Shown here: in pieces, positions 56,483 to 64,000 of the stretch | Layout: each line of letters begins with the position of its first letter | Position numbering within the stretch: position 1 is the first letter of the stretch | IMG/VR virus record: IMGVR_UViG_3300012662_000015 | Location: 1 to 64,000 of that record | Strand: one strand, 5' to 3' | Source: a virus | Taxonomy: Duplodnaviria; Caudoviricetes | Length of the DNA stretch: 64,000 bases | Notes under the pieces: generated by a model | Told to the model about the DNA's origin: nothing | The model's database searches: none | What the model saw: only the letters and a program-made list of their open reading frames with translations | Position numbers and translations under genes: made by a program

Positions 56483-56929
56483 ATGAACACGTTGACGGAA
56501 GACATCTACAAGGGAGCGGAAGCTGGCAAGCAAGCCCAGGCGAGGAAGCGCACGACGGCGCAGCTTCCCGTCTTCAGGGAGTGCGCTAACCTGCTGTATA
56601 TGATTATGCAGGTGATGTATCATGCGCCACGAAAGATGACAAAGCCGCTCGACGAAGCCGTGGACTGCGCTACGGAGCTACTCCGTAGCGTGGCTATGGC
56701 CAACGAGGTGAGAGGGGCTGAGCGAGTGAGCTGTATCAATATAGGGCTGTCCAACGCCAATACGCTGAACGTCCTTGTATGCTCGCTCGGATTTCTTGGT
56801 GCCATCAGCAAGCAAACTGCCAAGGACTTCAAGAAGAGAATTGGCAGGGTGCTGGCGCAGATGATAGGCTGGCGTGAGTCCGCAACACAGCAGGGTCATC
56901 CCGTGCCGACGAAAGGAGGCGCGCGATGA
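56483..56929 (+). CDS. avd: DGR accessory variability determinant (Avd-like four-helix bundle)
   Basis: Between VR and TR; LPVFRE..NLL...IGRVLAQMIGW pattern; start at 56456 or 56483. Confidence 0.8.
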   Translation: MNTLTEDIYKGAEAGKQAQARKRTTAQLPVFRECANLLYMIMQVMYHAPRKMTKPLDEAVDCATELLRSVAMANEVRGAERVSCINIGLSNANTLNVLVCSLGFLGAISKQTAKDFKKRIGRVLAQMIGWRESATQQGHPVPTKGGAR

Positions 56930-58386
56930 GGGTCTGTGGGATTTCAGTAAACGGGGGACTTGCTGGATATGGTGTGACAGCCATGTCGAGCAACGAAGGT
57001 GCAAAGCCCTTGGAGAGCGTTGAGAACAGCCGTAACAACAGTTGGAACGTGAATTTCACTTCGGGTAACGTCAACAACTGGAACAACAAGTACAACAATG
57101 GCTACGTTCGCCCGTGCTCGGCGTATGCTGATTTCAAAGCGTTCCTTGATTCGATGTGGCTTGCCTATTCCGATTGTCTGAAAGGCAAGCGAAGCTCGGC
57201 GCAGGCTCTCGAATACATGCCTATTGCGACGGAGGATATTCCCAAGCTCGCATGGGAGGTGTGGACGAGAGCCTATGAGCCGAGTCCGTCAACGTGCTTC
57301 ATGGTTACTTTCCCGAAATTAAGGGAGGTGTTTGCGGCGGCGTTTCGCGACAGAATCATCCATCACTGGATAGCCATTCGCATGATTCCCCTCTTCGAGG
57401 AGCGGTGCCATGAGCTGGGCGACGTGAGCCATGCCTGCCGAAAGGGCTATGGCACGAAGACAGCGGTGGAGCAGGTGCAAAAGGGTATGCTTCGCGTGAG
57501 CGACCACTTGCAACGGGAGGCCTGGGTGTACAAGGGCGACATCGTGGGTTTCTTCATGAATATCAACAAACGGATACTCTGGGGCGAACTGCACTCGCTC
57601 ATCGTGAACAGGTATAAAGGCACCGACATCGACATACTGCTCTACCTCGTGGAGAAGACCGTCTTCCATTGTCCGCAGAAGTCGTGTTGCATACGCTCGC
57701 CCGTAGACATGTGGAAAATCATTCGGCGCGACAAGTCCCTGTTCTTTGCCGACGACAACAAAGGCGGGCCGATAGGCAATCTTACGACCCAACTGTTCGC
57801 AGGCTACTACATGTCGTTCCTTGACGAATACGTGGAGGATCTGTTCAAAGGGAAGACTTACTCCTATACGAGGAGCGTGGATGATTTTGTCATCATCTGC
57901 ACGGACAGAGTTTTCCTGCGACACGCCATCCGGCAGATAGCTGACTTTACTTCTGCGCAGATGGACATAGAGTGCCACTCGGACAACATCTACTTCCAGC
58001 CTGTCAGTCACGGGGTGAAGTTTCTTGGGCAGTACGTCTATCCGCATAGGCGATACACCATCAATAGGACGATAGGCCGTTTTATAAGCAAGGCGAACTG
58101 GTGCCTAAGAGAATGCGGGAAGGATATGACGGAAATCAGGCGCGAGTATTGGGGACAGGTGTTCAACTCCTACTTCGGCTTTCTGACGCAGACGAATGAG
58201 TACAACACTCGAAGCAAGATTTTCAAGATGCTGACGCATGAGTGGTACCAGCATTTCAGCATAACGAACAAAAAGAAAGTAACCGTTAAACACAGAAGAT
58301 TATGGAACAAGAACAACAACAACAGAAAATGTATGTCATCCACACGCACTGCTACGGCGAGCGGCCGCACGACAACTATGCGGTGA
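56926..58386 (+). CDS. DGR reverse transcriptase (ORF includes the TR in frame; alternative start at 57154)
   Basis: REVFAAAFRDRIIHH, KGDIVGFFMNI, GPIGNLTTQLFA, RSVDDF and GVKFLG motifs. Confidence 0.95.
   Translation: MRVCGISVNGGLAGYGVTAMSSNEGAKPLESVENSRNNSWNVNFTSGNVNNWNNKYNNGYVRPCSAYADFKAFLDSMWLAYSDCLKGKRSSAQALEYMPIATEDIPKLAWEVWTRAYEPSPSTCFMVTFPKLREVFAAAFRDRIIHHWIAIRMIPLFEERCHELGDVSHACRKGYGTKTAVEQVQKGMLRVSDHLQREAWVYKGDIVGFFMNINKRILWGELHSLIVNRYKGTDIDILLYLVEKTVFHCPQKSCCIRSPVDMWKIIRRDKSLFFADDNKGGPIGNLTTQLFAGYYMSFLDEYVEDLFKGKTYSYTRSVDDFVIICTDRVFLRHAIRQIADFTSAQMDIECHSDNIYFQPVSHGVKFLGQYVYPHRRYTINRTIGRFISKANWCLRECGKDMTEIRREYWGQVFNSYFGFLTQTNEYNTRSKIFKMLTHEWYQHFSITNKKKVTVKHRRLWNKNNNNRKCMSSTRTATASGRTTTMR
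57016..57124 (+). ncRNA. DGR template repeat (TR)
   Basis: 33 adenines and 12 in-frame AAY codons; IMH* diverges from the VR after GCTCGGCGT. Confidence 0.95.
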
Positions 58387-58931
58387 CGATGGCCGACGGT
58401 AACATGGCCGTCTTCGAGGAACCGACCTACGAGGCGATGCTCGAGGCCATGGGCAAAAACGGATATATCCTGCTTGACACCATCGGGTATGTGATGGATC
58501 AGCTCCCAATGTACACGCCCACTACGTCAGGCTATACGGAAGAGGTGTGGAAGAAGGGGCTGGAATTTGCCAAGGAAATGGCCACGAGGGCTATCAACGC
58601 CTACGACTCCTCCTCTGCGGTGAACAGCTTCCTGCTCAACGGCAAGAGGGTGTGGCTCGACAAGGCTACCCGTGTGGGGCTGATGAACTCTACCACCATC
58701 GCCAAGGCTATGGGCAGCAAGACGACCGACCTGTGGCTGGGCGAGACCAAGATTACGGTGGACTGCGACAAGGCCATACAGCTGCTGTCGGCACTGGAGA
58801 TGTACGCCCTGGAGTGCTTCAACGTGACGGCAGCGCACAAGAAGGCCGTGAGCGAGATGACAAGCCTGGAGGAGGTGATAGGCTACGACTTCACCAAGGG
58901 CTATCCCGACAAACTGAAGATGGAGGTGTAG
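58302..58931 (+). CDS. DUF4376-like tail-fibre-associated protein
   Basis: VNSFLLNGKRVWLDKATR...YALECFNVTAAHKKAV...YDFTKGYP. Confidence 0.75.
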   Translation: MEQEQQQQKMYVIHTHCYGERPHDNYAVTMADGNMAVFEEPTYEAMLEAMGKNGYILLDTIGYVMDQLPMYTPTTSGYTEEVWKKGLEFAKEMATRAINAYDSSSAVNSFLLNGKRVWLDKATRVGLMNSTTIAKAMGSKTTDLWLGETKITVDCDKAIQLLSALEMYALECFNVTAAHKKAVSEMTSLEEVIGYDFTKGYPDKLKMEV

Positions 58932-58934
58932 GCC

Positions 58935-59477
58935 ATGGAGATGCTGATGCTTTTTGCCTTCGTCCTGCTGGCCGGACTGCTCATCATGGCAGGCGTGCGC
59001 TATGGCGTGTCCGACATGGTGAGCGACATCTACTACCAGATGGGTGGCCGTGACGCTTACGGGTGGGTCTTCTCGCTCACGATGGGCTTTGTGGCGTTGT
59101 TTGCCATGGCGGCCATGCTCGACAGTGAGTGGGGTGCGGACTGCCTGGCGTTCATCGGGTGTGGCGGACTGGCCTTCGTGGCCGTGGCTCCCAACTATGC
59201 GGACGAGAATGCTTACCCCGTGCACAAGGGAGGAGCCATTGTTGCCGCCGTCGGTTGTGTAGGCTGGTGCCTGTCTGCCTGTTGGTGGATGACACTTATC
59301 GTCGGTGCCGCATACCTTGTTTATCTTGCCTCGGCTGAGACGAGAAGGCTGTTGGGCGGCGTGTGGTGGATGCGTGGGCTTACAGGACAGCCGCGTTCGT
59401 GGTACTGGGCGGAGGTGGCGGCCTTTGCCGACGTTTTTCTTACCTACGGAGTGTGCTTTGTCAAGAATTTGTTGTAA
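58935..59477 (+). CDS. Multi-pass membrane protein
   Basis: Several hydrophobic segments. Confidence 0.7.
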   Translation: MEMLMLFAFVLLAGLLIMAGVRYGVSDMVSDIYYQMGGRDAYGWVFSLTMGFVALFAMAAMLDSEWGADCLAFIGCGGLAFVAVAPNYADENAYPVHKGGAIVAAVGCVGWCLSACWWMTLIVGAAYLVYLASAETRRLLGGVWWMRGLTGQPRSWYWAEVAAFADVFLTYGVCFVKNLL

Positions 59478-59501
59478 CTTTATACTTGTAAATCGGATAA
59501 C

Positions 59502-59798
59502 ATGAAAAAGATATATGATTTCATAGAGAACACGGTGGGCATGGACAAGGTCGCCCACTTCTTCGGTGTCGCCTTCGCGGCTATCATCGTTTCGCTTGTG
59601 TTTGCCAAGGTTAACCCTGGCTATCATCCTGCCACTTACGCTGCCTGCGGTTTCGCTGGCGGAGTCATCGTGGCCGTGGCCAAGGAGGCTTTGGACTTCT
59701 TCTCGGGCAATGACTTTGAGAACTTCGACCTCATGGACATCGCTTATAGTGTGCTTGGCGCCTTTGTTTCATTCCTGGTGGCCCTCGCGCTGCTGTAA
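59502..59798 (+). CDS. Membrane protein
   Basis: DKVAHF...KEALD...DLMDI; three hydrophobic segments. Confidence 0.7.
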   Translation: MKKIYDFIENTVGMDKVAHFFGVAFAAIIVSLVFAKVNPGYHPATYAACGFAGGVIVAVAKEALDFFSGNDFENFDLMDIAYSVLGAFVSFLVALALL

Positions 59799-59817
59799 CG
59801 GATAGGAGGGAAAGGGT

Positions 59818-60375
59818 ATGATGACAACAGACGTGGTGGGAAACACGGGGACGCGGTTCCTCGGTGGTATATTGAGTGCAGAGATGGTTTCGGTGCTTGG
59901 CGATATGCGATGGATGCTCCTGCTTATCGCCCTATGCGTGGTGGCCGACTTCCGCTATGGCTGGGGCGAGAGCTCCAAACGTTACAAGGAGGCCAAGGAG
60001 GCTGGCGACAAGATACTCATGATGCAGTATCAGTGGCGCACGTCAAGAGCCATGCGCAGGACGATCAACAAGCTCATTGACTATATCGTGTGGGCGGTAG
60101 TCGGCATGGCTATCGGTATGGCCATATTGGAGCCTGTGGGCATCAACCACATCTTCGGAGGCGTGGTCGCTACGGCCATTGCCGTGGTGTGCGAGGCCAA
60201 GAGCTTCTTCGGACATTTCTTCTACCTGCATGGCGTGACCTATGACGAGAAGAACATGGCAGGCTTCTTCAAGGCGTTCATCGTGGCGTTGGCCAAGAAG
60301 AAGAACGAGGACTTCGGTGAGGCGTTGGAAGAAGGCTTCAAGGACAGAAAGGAGGACGAGAATGGCAAATCATAA
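59818..60375 (+). CDS. Holin (phage holin 4-like)
   Basis: TM segments, VVADFRYG and RRTINKLIDY motifs; overlaps the endolysin start. Confidence 0.75.
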   Translation: MMTTDVVGNTGTRFLGGILSAEMVSVLGDMRWMLLLIALCVVADFRYGWGESSKRYKEAKEAGDKILMMQYQWRTSRAMRRTINKLIDYIVWAVVGMAIGMAILEPVGINHIFGGVVATAIAVVCEAKSFFGHFFYLHGVTYDEKNMAGFFKAFIVALAKKKNEDFGEALEEGFKDRKEDENGKS

Positions 60376-60895
60376 GATATTGGCACCGTTCATCCTCTCG
60401 CACGAGGGAGGTTTCAGCAACAACCCGAAAGACCCAGGAGGGGCGACCATGAGGGGCGTTACACTGGCTACATATCGCTCGGTGTACGGAAGCAAGAAGA
60501 CGGTGGCTGACTTGAAGCGGATAACCTCCGCAGAGTGGGACGCCATCTTCAAGAAGTACTATTGGGACAGGTGCAAGGCCGACATCATCGCCAACCAAAG
60601 CGTGGCCAACATGCTCGTTGACTTCGCCTGGAATAGCGGTGTTGTGACAGCGGTGAAAACCATTCAGCAAATCGTTGGCGTGGATGCAGACGGGATAGCT
60701 GGGCGTGTGACCATCGGGGCTATCAACGGCTATTTCCGTGGGAGCAAGTACGTGTTCGACAAGCTCAAAGAAGCACGCCTCCGCTACATGCAGACGAGGA
60801 AGAACTGGCCGACATTCAAGAACGGATGGACAACGAGAGTAAACAGCATCAAGTACGGCTCGCTGGCCTATTCGGGTAAGACCATTAACTGCTAA
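60362..60895 (+). CDS. Endolysin, glycoside hydrolase family 108 with peptidoglycan-binding domain
   Basis: HEGGFSNNPKDPGGATMRGVT, KKYYWD and KNGWTTRV motifs. Confidence 0.9.
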   Translation: MANHKILAPFILSHEGGFSNNPKDPGGATMRGVTLATYRSVYGSKKTVADLKRITSAEWDAIFKKYYWDRCKADIIANQSVANMLVDFAWNSGVVTAVKTIQQIVGVDADGIAGRVTIGAINGYFRGSKYVFDKLKEARLRYMQTRKNWPTFKNGWTTRVNSIKYGSLAYSGKTINC

Positions 60896-60908
60896 AAGAC
60901 TGATAGGG

Positions 60909-61346
60909 ATGATGAAGATGATTGGGAAATACTGGTGGGAGTGGCTTGTGCTGATTGCGCTTGCCATGATGATCGGCTCACTATCCAGCTGCAAGAGTGT
61001 GAAGTACGTGCCCGTGACCGAGTATAGGGACAGGTATGTGAGCAAGACGGATAGTTTCTTCAAGGTGGATAGCGTCTATCTCCACGACAGCGTTAGCGTG
61101 TTTGGAAGAGGTGATACAGTCTACATGACCAAGACGCGATATAAGGACAGGTTCAAATACATCTACAACACGAAGACTGACACGGTGATCGTGCATGACA
61201 GCATACCTTACCCCGTGAAGGTAGAGGTAGAGAAGAAGCAGACGTTTGTGGACAAGGTGGCCAACGAGATAGGCAAATTTGCCTGCTACGTATTGCTCCC
61301 ATTGTTTGGCATACTGATTGCCTATAACCTGTTCAGGAAGCATTGA
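60909..61346 (+). CDS. Spanin-like lipoprotein
   Basis: Lipobox LSSC after a signal peptide plus a C-terminal TM helix (unimolecular spanin topology); follows the endolysin. Confidence 0.65.
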   Translation: MMKMIGKYWWEWLVLIALAMMIGSLSSCKSVKYVPVTEYRDRYVSKTDSFFKVDSVYLHDSVSVFGRGDTVYMTKTRYKDRFKYIYNTKTDTVIVHDSIPYPVKVEVEKKQTFVDKVANEIGKFACYVLLPLFGILIAYNLFRKH

Positions 61347-61432
61347 CGTTGATAATGTTTTGTTTTGTTTTCACGATATAGTTAGTTAGGTTTCTTCTTT
61401 AGAGGAAGAAGATTGATTGTTTAGGATGACGT

Positions 61433-61470
61433 TCCCCACTTGCCTGTGATAGGTAGGTGGGGATTTTTTG
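61433..61470 (+). terminator. Intrinsic terminator after the lysis genes
   Basis: TCCCCACTTGCCT-gtgat-AGGTAGGTGGGGA-TTTTTT. Confidence 0.8.
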
Positions 61471-61518
61471 TGTTAAAAAATCTTCTCCGTCTTTCTGCCA
61501 AAAGGAAAATTATTAACT

Positions 61519-62055
61519 TTGTCGGCATCTATCTTAACACGAACGCTTATGACAAAGGAGGAAGAGAACCTTGTGCTGTCGGCTGTGCAAGGCAAGGATG
61601 TGAGCGAGGTGATGGCCTTGCTGATGAAGAGTGGCAACAGGTACTCACGGAGGTTATTGAAGTGTATCAAATGGGTGACGAAATGGGTGCCGATTGCGAT
61701 CATGTTGTGGCACGCCTTCGCCATGTGGGATTTCGCCCACAACCCACGAGAGATGTTTGTTGTCCATTCGGAGCACTGGCCGAGCTACGCCTTCATCTAT
61801 GCGATGTTGTATGTCTTGCCCATTATCCTCATCGTGTTCAGCAGGTTCTTTTGGCTGTGCTGGCTCTACCGCATCCCGTTCTTCTATTACTTCGGTGTTA
61901 ATGCCGTGCACATCACCTACTGGTCATGGTACACGACAAACGAAATGGTTACGTCTTGCATGACGATAATTGTCATGACGGCGGTTTTCTATGCTTATTG
62001 GGTGATTGGTTGGTTTCTCCAGAACACCTGTTTGGGCAGGAAACTATTCTCTTGA
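61519..62055 (+). CDS. Membrane protein
   Basis: Four TM-like segments; -7 box TAACTTTG at 61514-61521 implies the true start is ATG 61549. Confidence 0.7.
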   Translation: MSASILTRTLMTKEEENLVLSAVQGKDVSEVMALLMKSGNRYSRRLLKCIKWVTKWVPIAIMLWHAFAMWDFAHNPREMFVVHSEHWPSYAFIYAMLYVLPIILIVFSRFFWLCWLYRIPFFYYFGVNAVHITYWSWYTTNEMVTSCMTIIVMTAVFYAYWVIGWFLQNTCLGRKLFS

Positions 62056-62094
62056 CTGCCAATTCTACGGAAAATTCACAAAAACACGCTTGAT

Positions 62095-62442
62095 ATGAGA
62101 AAGAAGGTGTTCAATTACTACACGTTAGCCATGCTTTTCAAGTCGCTTCACGAGAGCTGCATGAAAGCCTGGGAGCAGCAACAGAAGGGCGAGAAGGTGA
62201 CGGCTTGCGGTATGAGTGACGATGACATAGAGGAGTTGTGCGAGGACGTGTTGCCCAACATGATGAACCCGATGATGAGCACGGAGGAGGTGAAAGATAA
62301 GCTTCACGTCAGCGATGCTACGCTCAACAGAATGGTGGCAAAAGGCGACATACCCAACGGCCAATGCAAGAAACGTGGCCACACAAGGTATTGGAAGAAG
62401 TGGGACATCTTACACTTCATGCGCAACAGAAAGAAGCAGTAA
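62095..62442 (+). CDS. Excisionase/AlpA-like HTH protein
   Basis: MSTEEVKDKLHVSDATLNRMVAKGDIP winged-helix pattern. Confidence 0.7.
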   Translation: MRKKVFNYYTLAMLFKSLHESCMKAWEQQQKGEKVTACGMSDDDIEELCEDVLPNMMNPMMSTEEVKDKLHVSDATLNRMVAKGDIPNGQCKKRGHTRYWKKWDILHFMRNRKKQ

Positions 62443-62478
62443 ATCTTAGCAACGGGACATAACTGTCTGATAACTAAT

Positions 62479-62519
62479 TGATAAAATGATGATAGAAAAT
62501 TGATAGAACGCTGATAGAA
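62479..62519 (+). repeat. Four helically phased direct repeats TGATARAA
   Basis: Copies at 62479, 62490, 62501 and 62512 (11-bp period). Confidence 0.7.
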
Positions 62520-62587
62520 ACTACAACCAGTTGCTCTATGATCTTCGTTCTTAGACGAAAGCCAAATAAAGAAGAATAAATATTTCG

Positions 62588-62616
62588 GCCTACCTCACAT
62601 CGAGGTAGGCTTTTTG
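62588..62616 (+). terminator. Intrinsic terminator
   Basis: GCCTACCTC-acatc-GAGGTAGGC-TTTTT. Confidence 0.8.
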
Positions 62617-62929
62617 TTTCTACATGCTCAAACATGAGCCTCCCTCCTTTCACCTTATCTCTCTTGTTATCAGCGAGAAACAGAATGTGTGAGCGAGTTA
62701 TGGCCTTTGTGGTCGTAACTCGCTAATTTTGTGCCCGTAACGTTACAATAGAGTTAGTTCAACAAAAGGTAAAACAAGAAAAGATTGTGTATCATGGATA
62801 TGGCAGATACAAGAGGAGCATAAACATAACCACGGACGGTTTCGCAGAGCTAAAGTCGTTGCTCACGGAATGACTTGCGGTGGGAGGGTAAATCCTGTAA
62901 CAGCAAACCATAAACAAGCATAATTAATT

Positions 62930-63361
62930 ATGAACGAGACGCTAAGAAAAGTAATGGCAAGTGACGACATCAACGCCATCAAGAATGTTGTAGCCATCAT
63001 GGCTGAGAGAGCAGATGTTGACATGGGCGGAAATCAACGCCTACTGATGATGAAGCAAGTCCAGTCGGAGGTTTCTGGAAGCCACTATGATGGTTTTCTA
63101 TCAGGGTTTCATCTTGCTCTTATCGGTTTCCAGCGCTCCAAAGACAAGGCGGAACGTTATTGGAAACTAAACAAGTCGCAGCAAAGAGTGACGCTGCATG
63201 ACTGGCTTGTGCTTTGGGGTGAGATGGAAAGACGGCACGGAAAGAAAATCCGCAAGTGGTTCCCGCACATGACAAGCGATGACTTCAACGACAAGATATT
63301 TGACGAGTGCCAAGCGTTTCTCGGAAACGGAGGAGACGTGTTCCGTGACTTGAACCCATAA
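62930..63361 (+). CDS. Hypothetical protein
   Basis: 143-aa ORF. Confidence 0.7.
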   Translation: MNETLRKVMASDDINAIKNVVAIMAERADVDMGGNQRLLMMKQVQSEVSGSHYDGFLSGFHLALIGFQRSKDKAERYWKLNKSQQRVTLHDWLVLWGEMERRHGKKIRKWFPHMTSDDFNDKIFDECQAFLGNGGDVFRDLNP

Positions 63362-63412
63362 ACGCAAAAAGGGGCGACCACCCATTGCCGAGTAGCCGCC
63401 CCTTCTTTAGCT

Positions 63413-64000
63413 TCAGCCGTCCACTTCCTCAAAGCGGATGCCATACTTCTCGATGAAGTATTTCTCATTCTTCGTCCTTGCTGTCATTGAATCGAAGTAG
63501 ACGGTAGTCTTGTCGTTCTCAAAGAAGTAGTTATACTTCTTCGAGAGGTACCACATGACACGGTATGTCTTGTTTGGTACGACCTTTATCTTGAACTTCG
63601 TCTTCTGCTTCATGCCTCCCAGGGCGCGCCATTCGTCCATGCGTCTTGTGTGCATCCATGATGCGGCCATCTTTGACCGATCCATCGTCAGCTTAGCAAG
63701 GCGGAACTTCTCGGCTCTCTGTTCTTTTATCCGGCTTTCCGTTTCAGACGAATGTTTCAAGCCGAGCCTACCCTTCCAACGTATCACAACAGACCTACTG
63801 ATGCCAGTAGCTTTAGATATTTCACTTGCGGTCATTGTCGGCCACAGTTCGCGTATCGTTTCCTCTATGTTCTCGTGCTTGGTTGAAAGATCATGCCTTA
63901 ACTCGCCTCCGTGTTGCCGGATGATGCGATATAGCGTTGACATGCAAACGCCGCAGTCTTTAGCGACCTTCGCCCTTGGGCGGTCGTTGATATGCGCAAC
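63413..64000 (-). CDS. HTH-containing protein (5' end beyond the window)
   Basis: Frame stays open to 64000 (VAHINDRPRAKVAKDCGVCMSTLYR...); second HTH-like segment MTASEISKATGISRSVV. Confidence 0.7.
   Translation of the reverse strand, partial: VAHINDRPRAKVAKDCGVCMSTLYRIIRQHGGELRHDLSTKHENIEETIRELWPTMTASEISKATGISRSVVIRWKGRLGLKHSSETESRIKEQRAEKFRLAKLTMDRSKMAASWMHTRRMDEWRALGGMKQKTKFKIKVVPNKTYRVMWYLSKKYNYFFENDKTTVYFDSMTARTKNEKYFIEKYGIRFEEVDG

Noticed and set aside
56926-58386. RT as a group II intron or retron enzyme
   Set aside because: An adenine-specific TR/VR pair, an Avd-like gene and a post-VR hairpin define a DGR; no intron domain V or maturase/endonuclease tail was seen.
46088-59627. Long antisense ORFs (e.g. 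46088..47290, 51895..53076, 53932..54921, 58527..59627)
   Set aside because: They are shadows of GC3-rich sense genes with no recognisable motifs.
43652-62442. Second DGR target / additional VR
   Set aside because: I found no other copy of the TR 3' end (GTTCGCCCGTGCTCGGCG) in the window; a remote target outside the window cannot be excluded.
62790-62925. Possible decayed gene remnant behind the promoter box at ~62725
   Set aside because: Only short broken frames are present, and I cannot support a product without a homology search.
1-64000. Stop-codon reassignment (alternative genetic code)
   Set aside because: Long genes are intact under the standard code, TAA, TAG and TGA all serve as stops, and there is no suppressor tRNA.

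Overview
The whole window is phage DNA: most of the genome of a temperate, long-tailed Bacteroidales (Prevotella-like) phage. The host assignment is inferred from TAnnTTTG promoter boxes, Shine-Dalgarno-less A-rich leaders and the gene families present. Both ends cut through phage genes, and an intact attP (3' half of a tRNA-Gly(CCC) flanked by integrase arm repeats) sits between repressor and integrase, so this is the excised/circular form. Layout: immunity and integration (1-2.9 kb); a leftward early arm of small cassette-like genes (2.9-19.4 kb); a replication block with an SF3 helicase (20.5-24.4 kb); an inverted packaging block with terL carrying a Pro-initiated class-3-type intein (24.5-30.2 kb); a tRNA-Met; head and tail genes (30.5-49.4 kb); a complete diversity-generating retroelement (DGR) targeting a ~2335-aa tail protein (49.4-58.4 kb); and lysis genes. 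The most striking unexplained element is a gene-free ~800-bp region at 12.0-12.8 kb. It is a ~162-nt-periodic array of sequence-divergent long hairpins, each followed by a conserved ATC-N7-TAY-N4-A motif. It lies directly behind a 38-codon ORF that looks like the stump of a deleted phage reverse transcriptase, so it is a candidate RT-templating ncRNA array. The DGR RT also has a non-canonical catalytic motif (SVDD). Family assignments come from motif recognition only; no searches were run.
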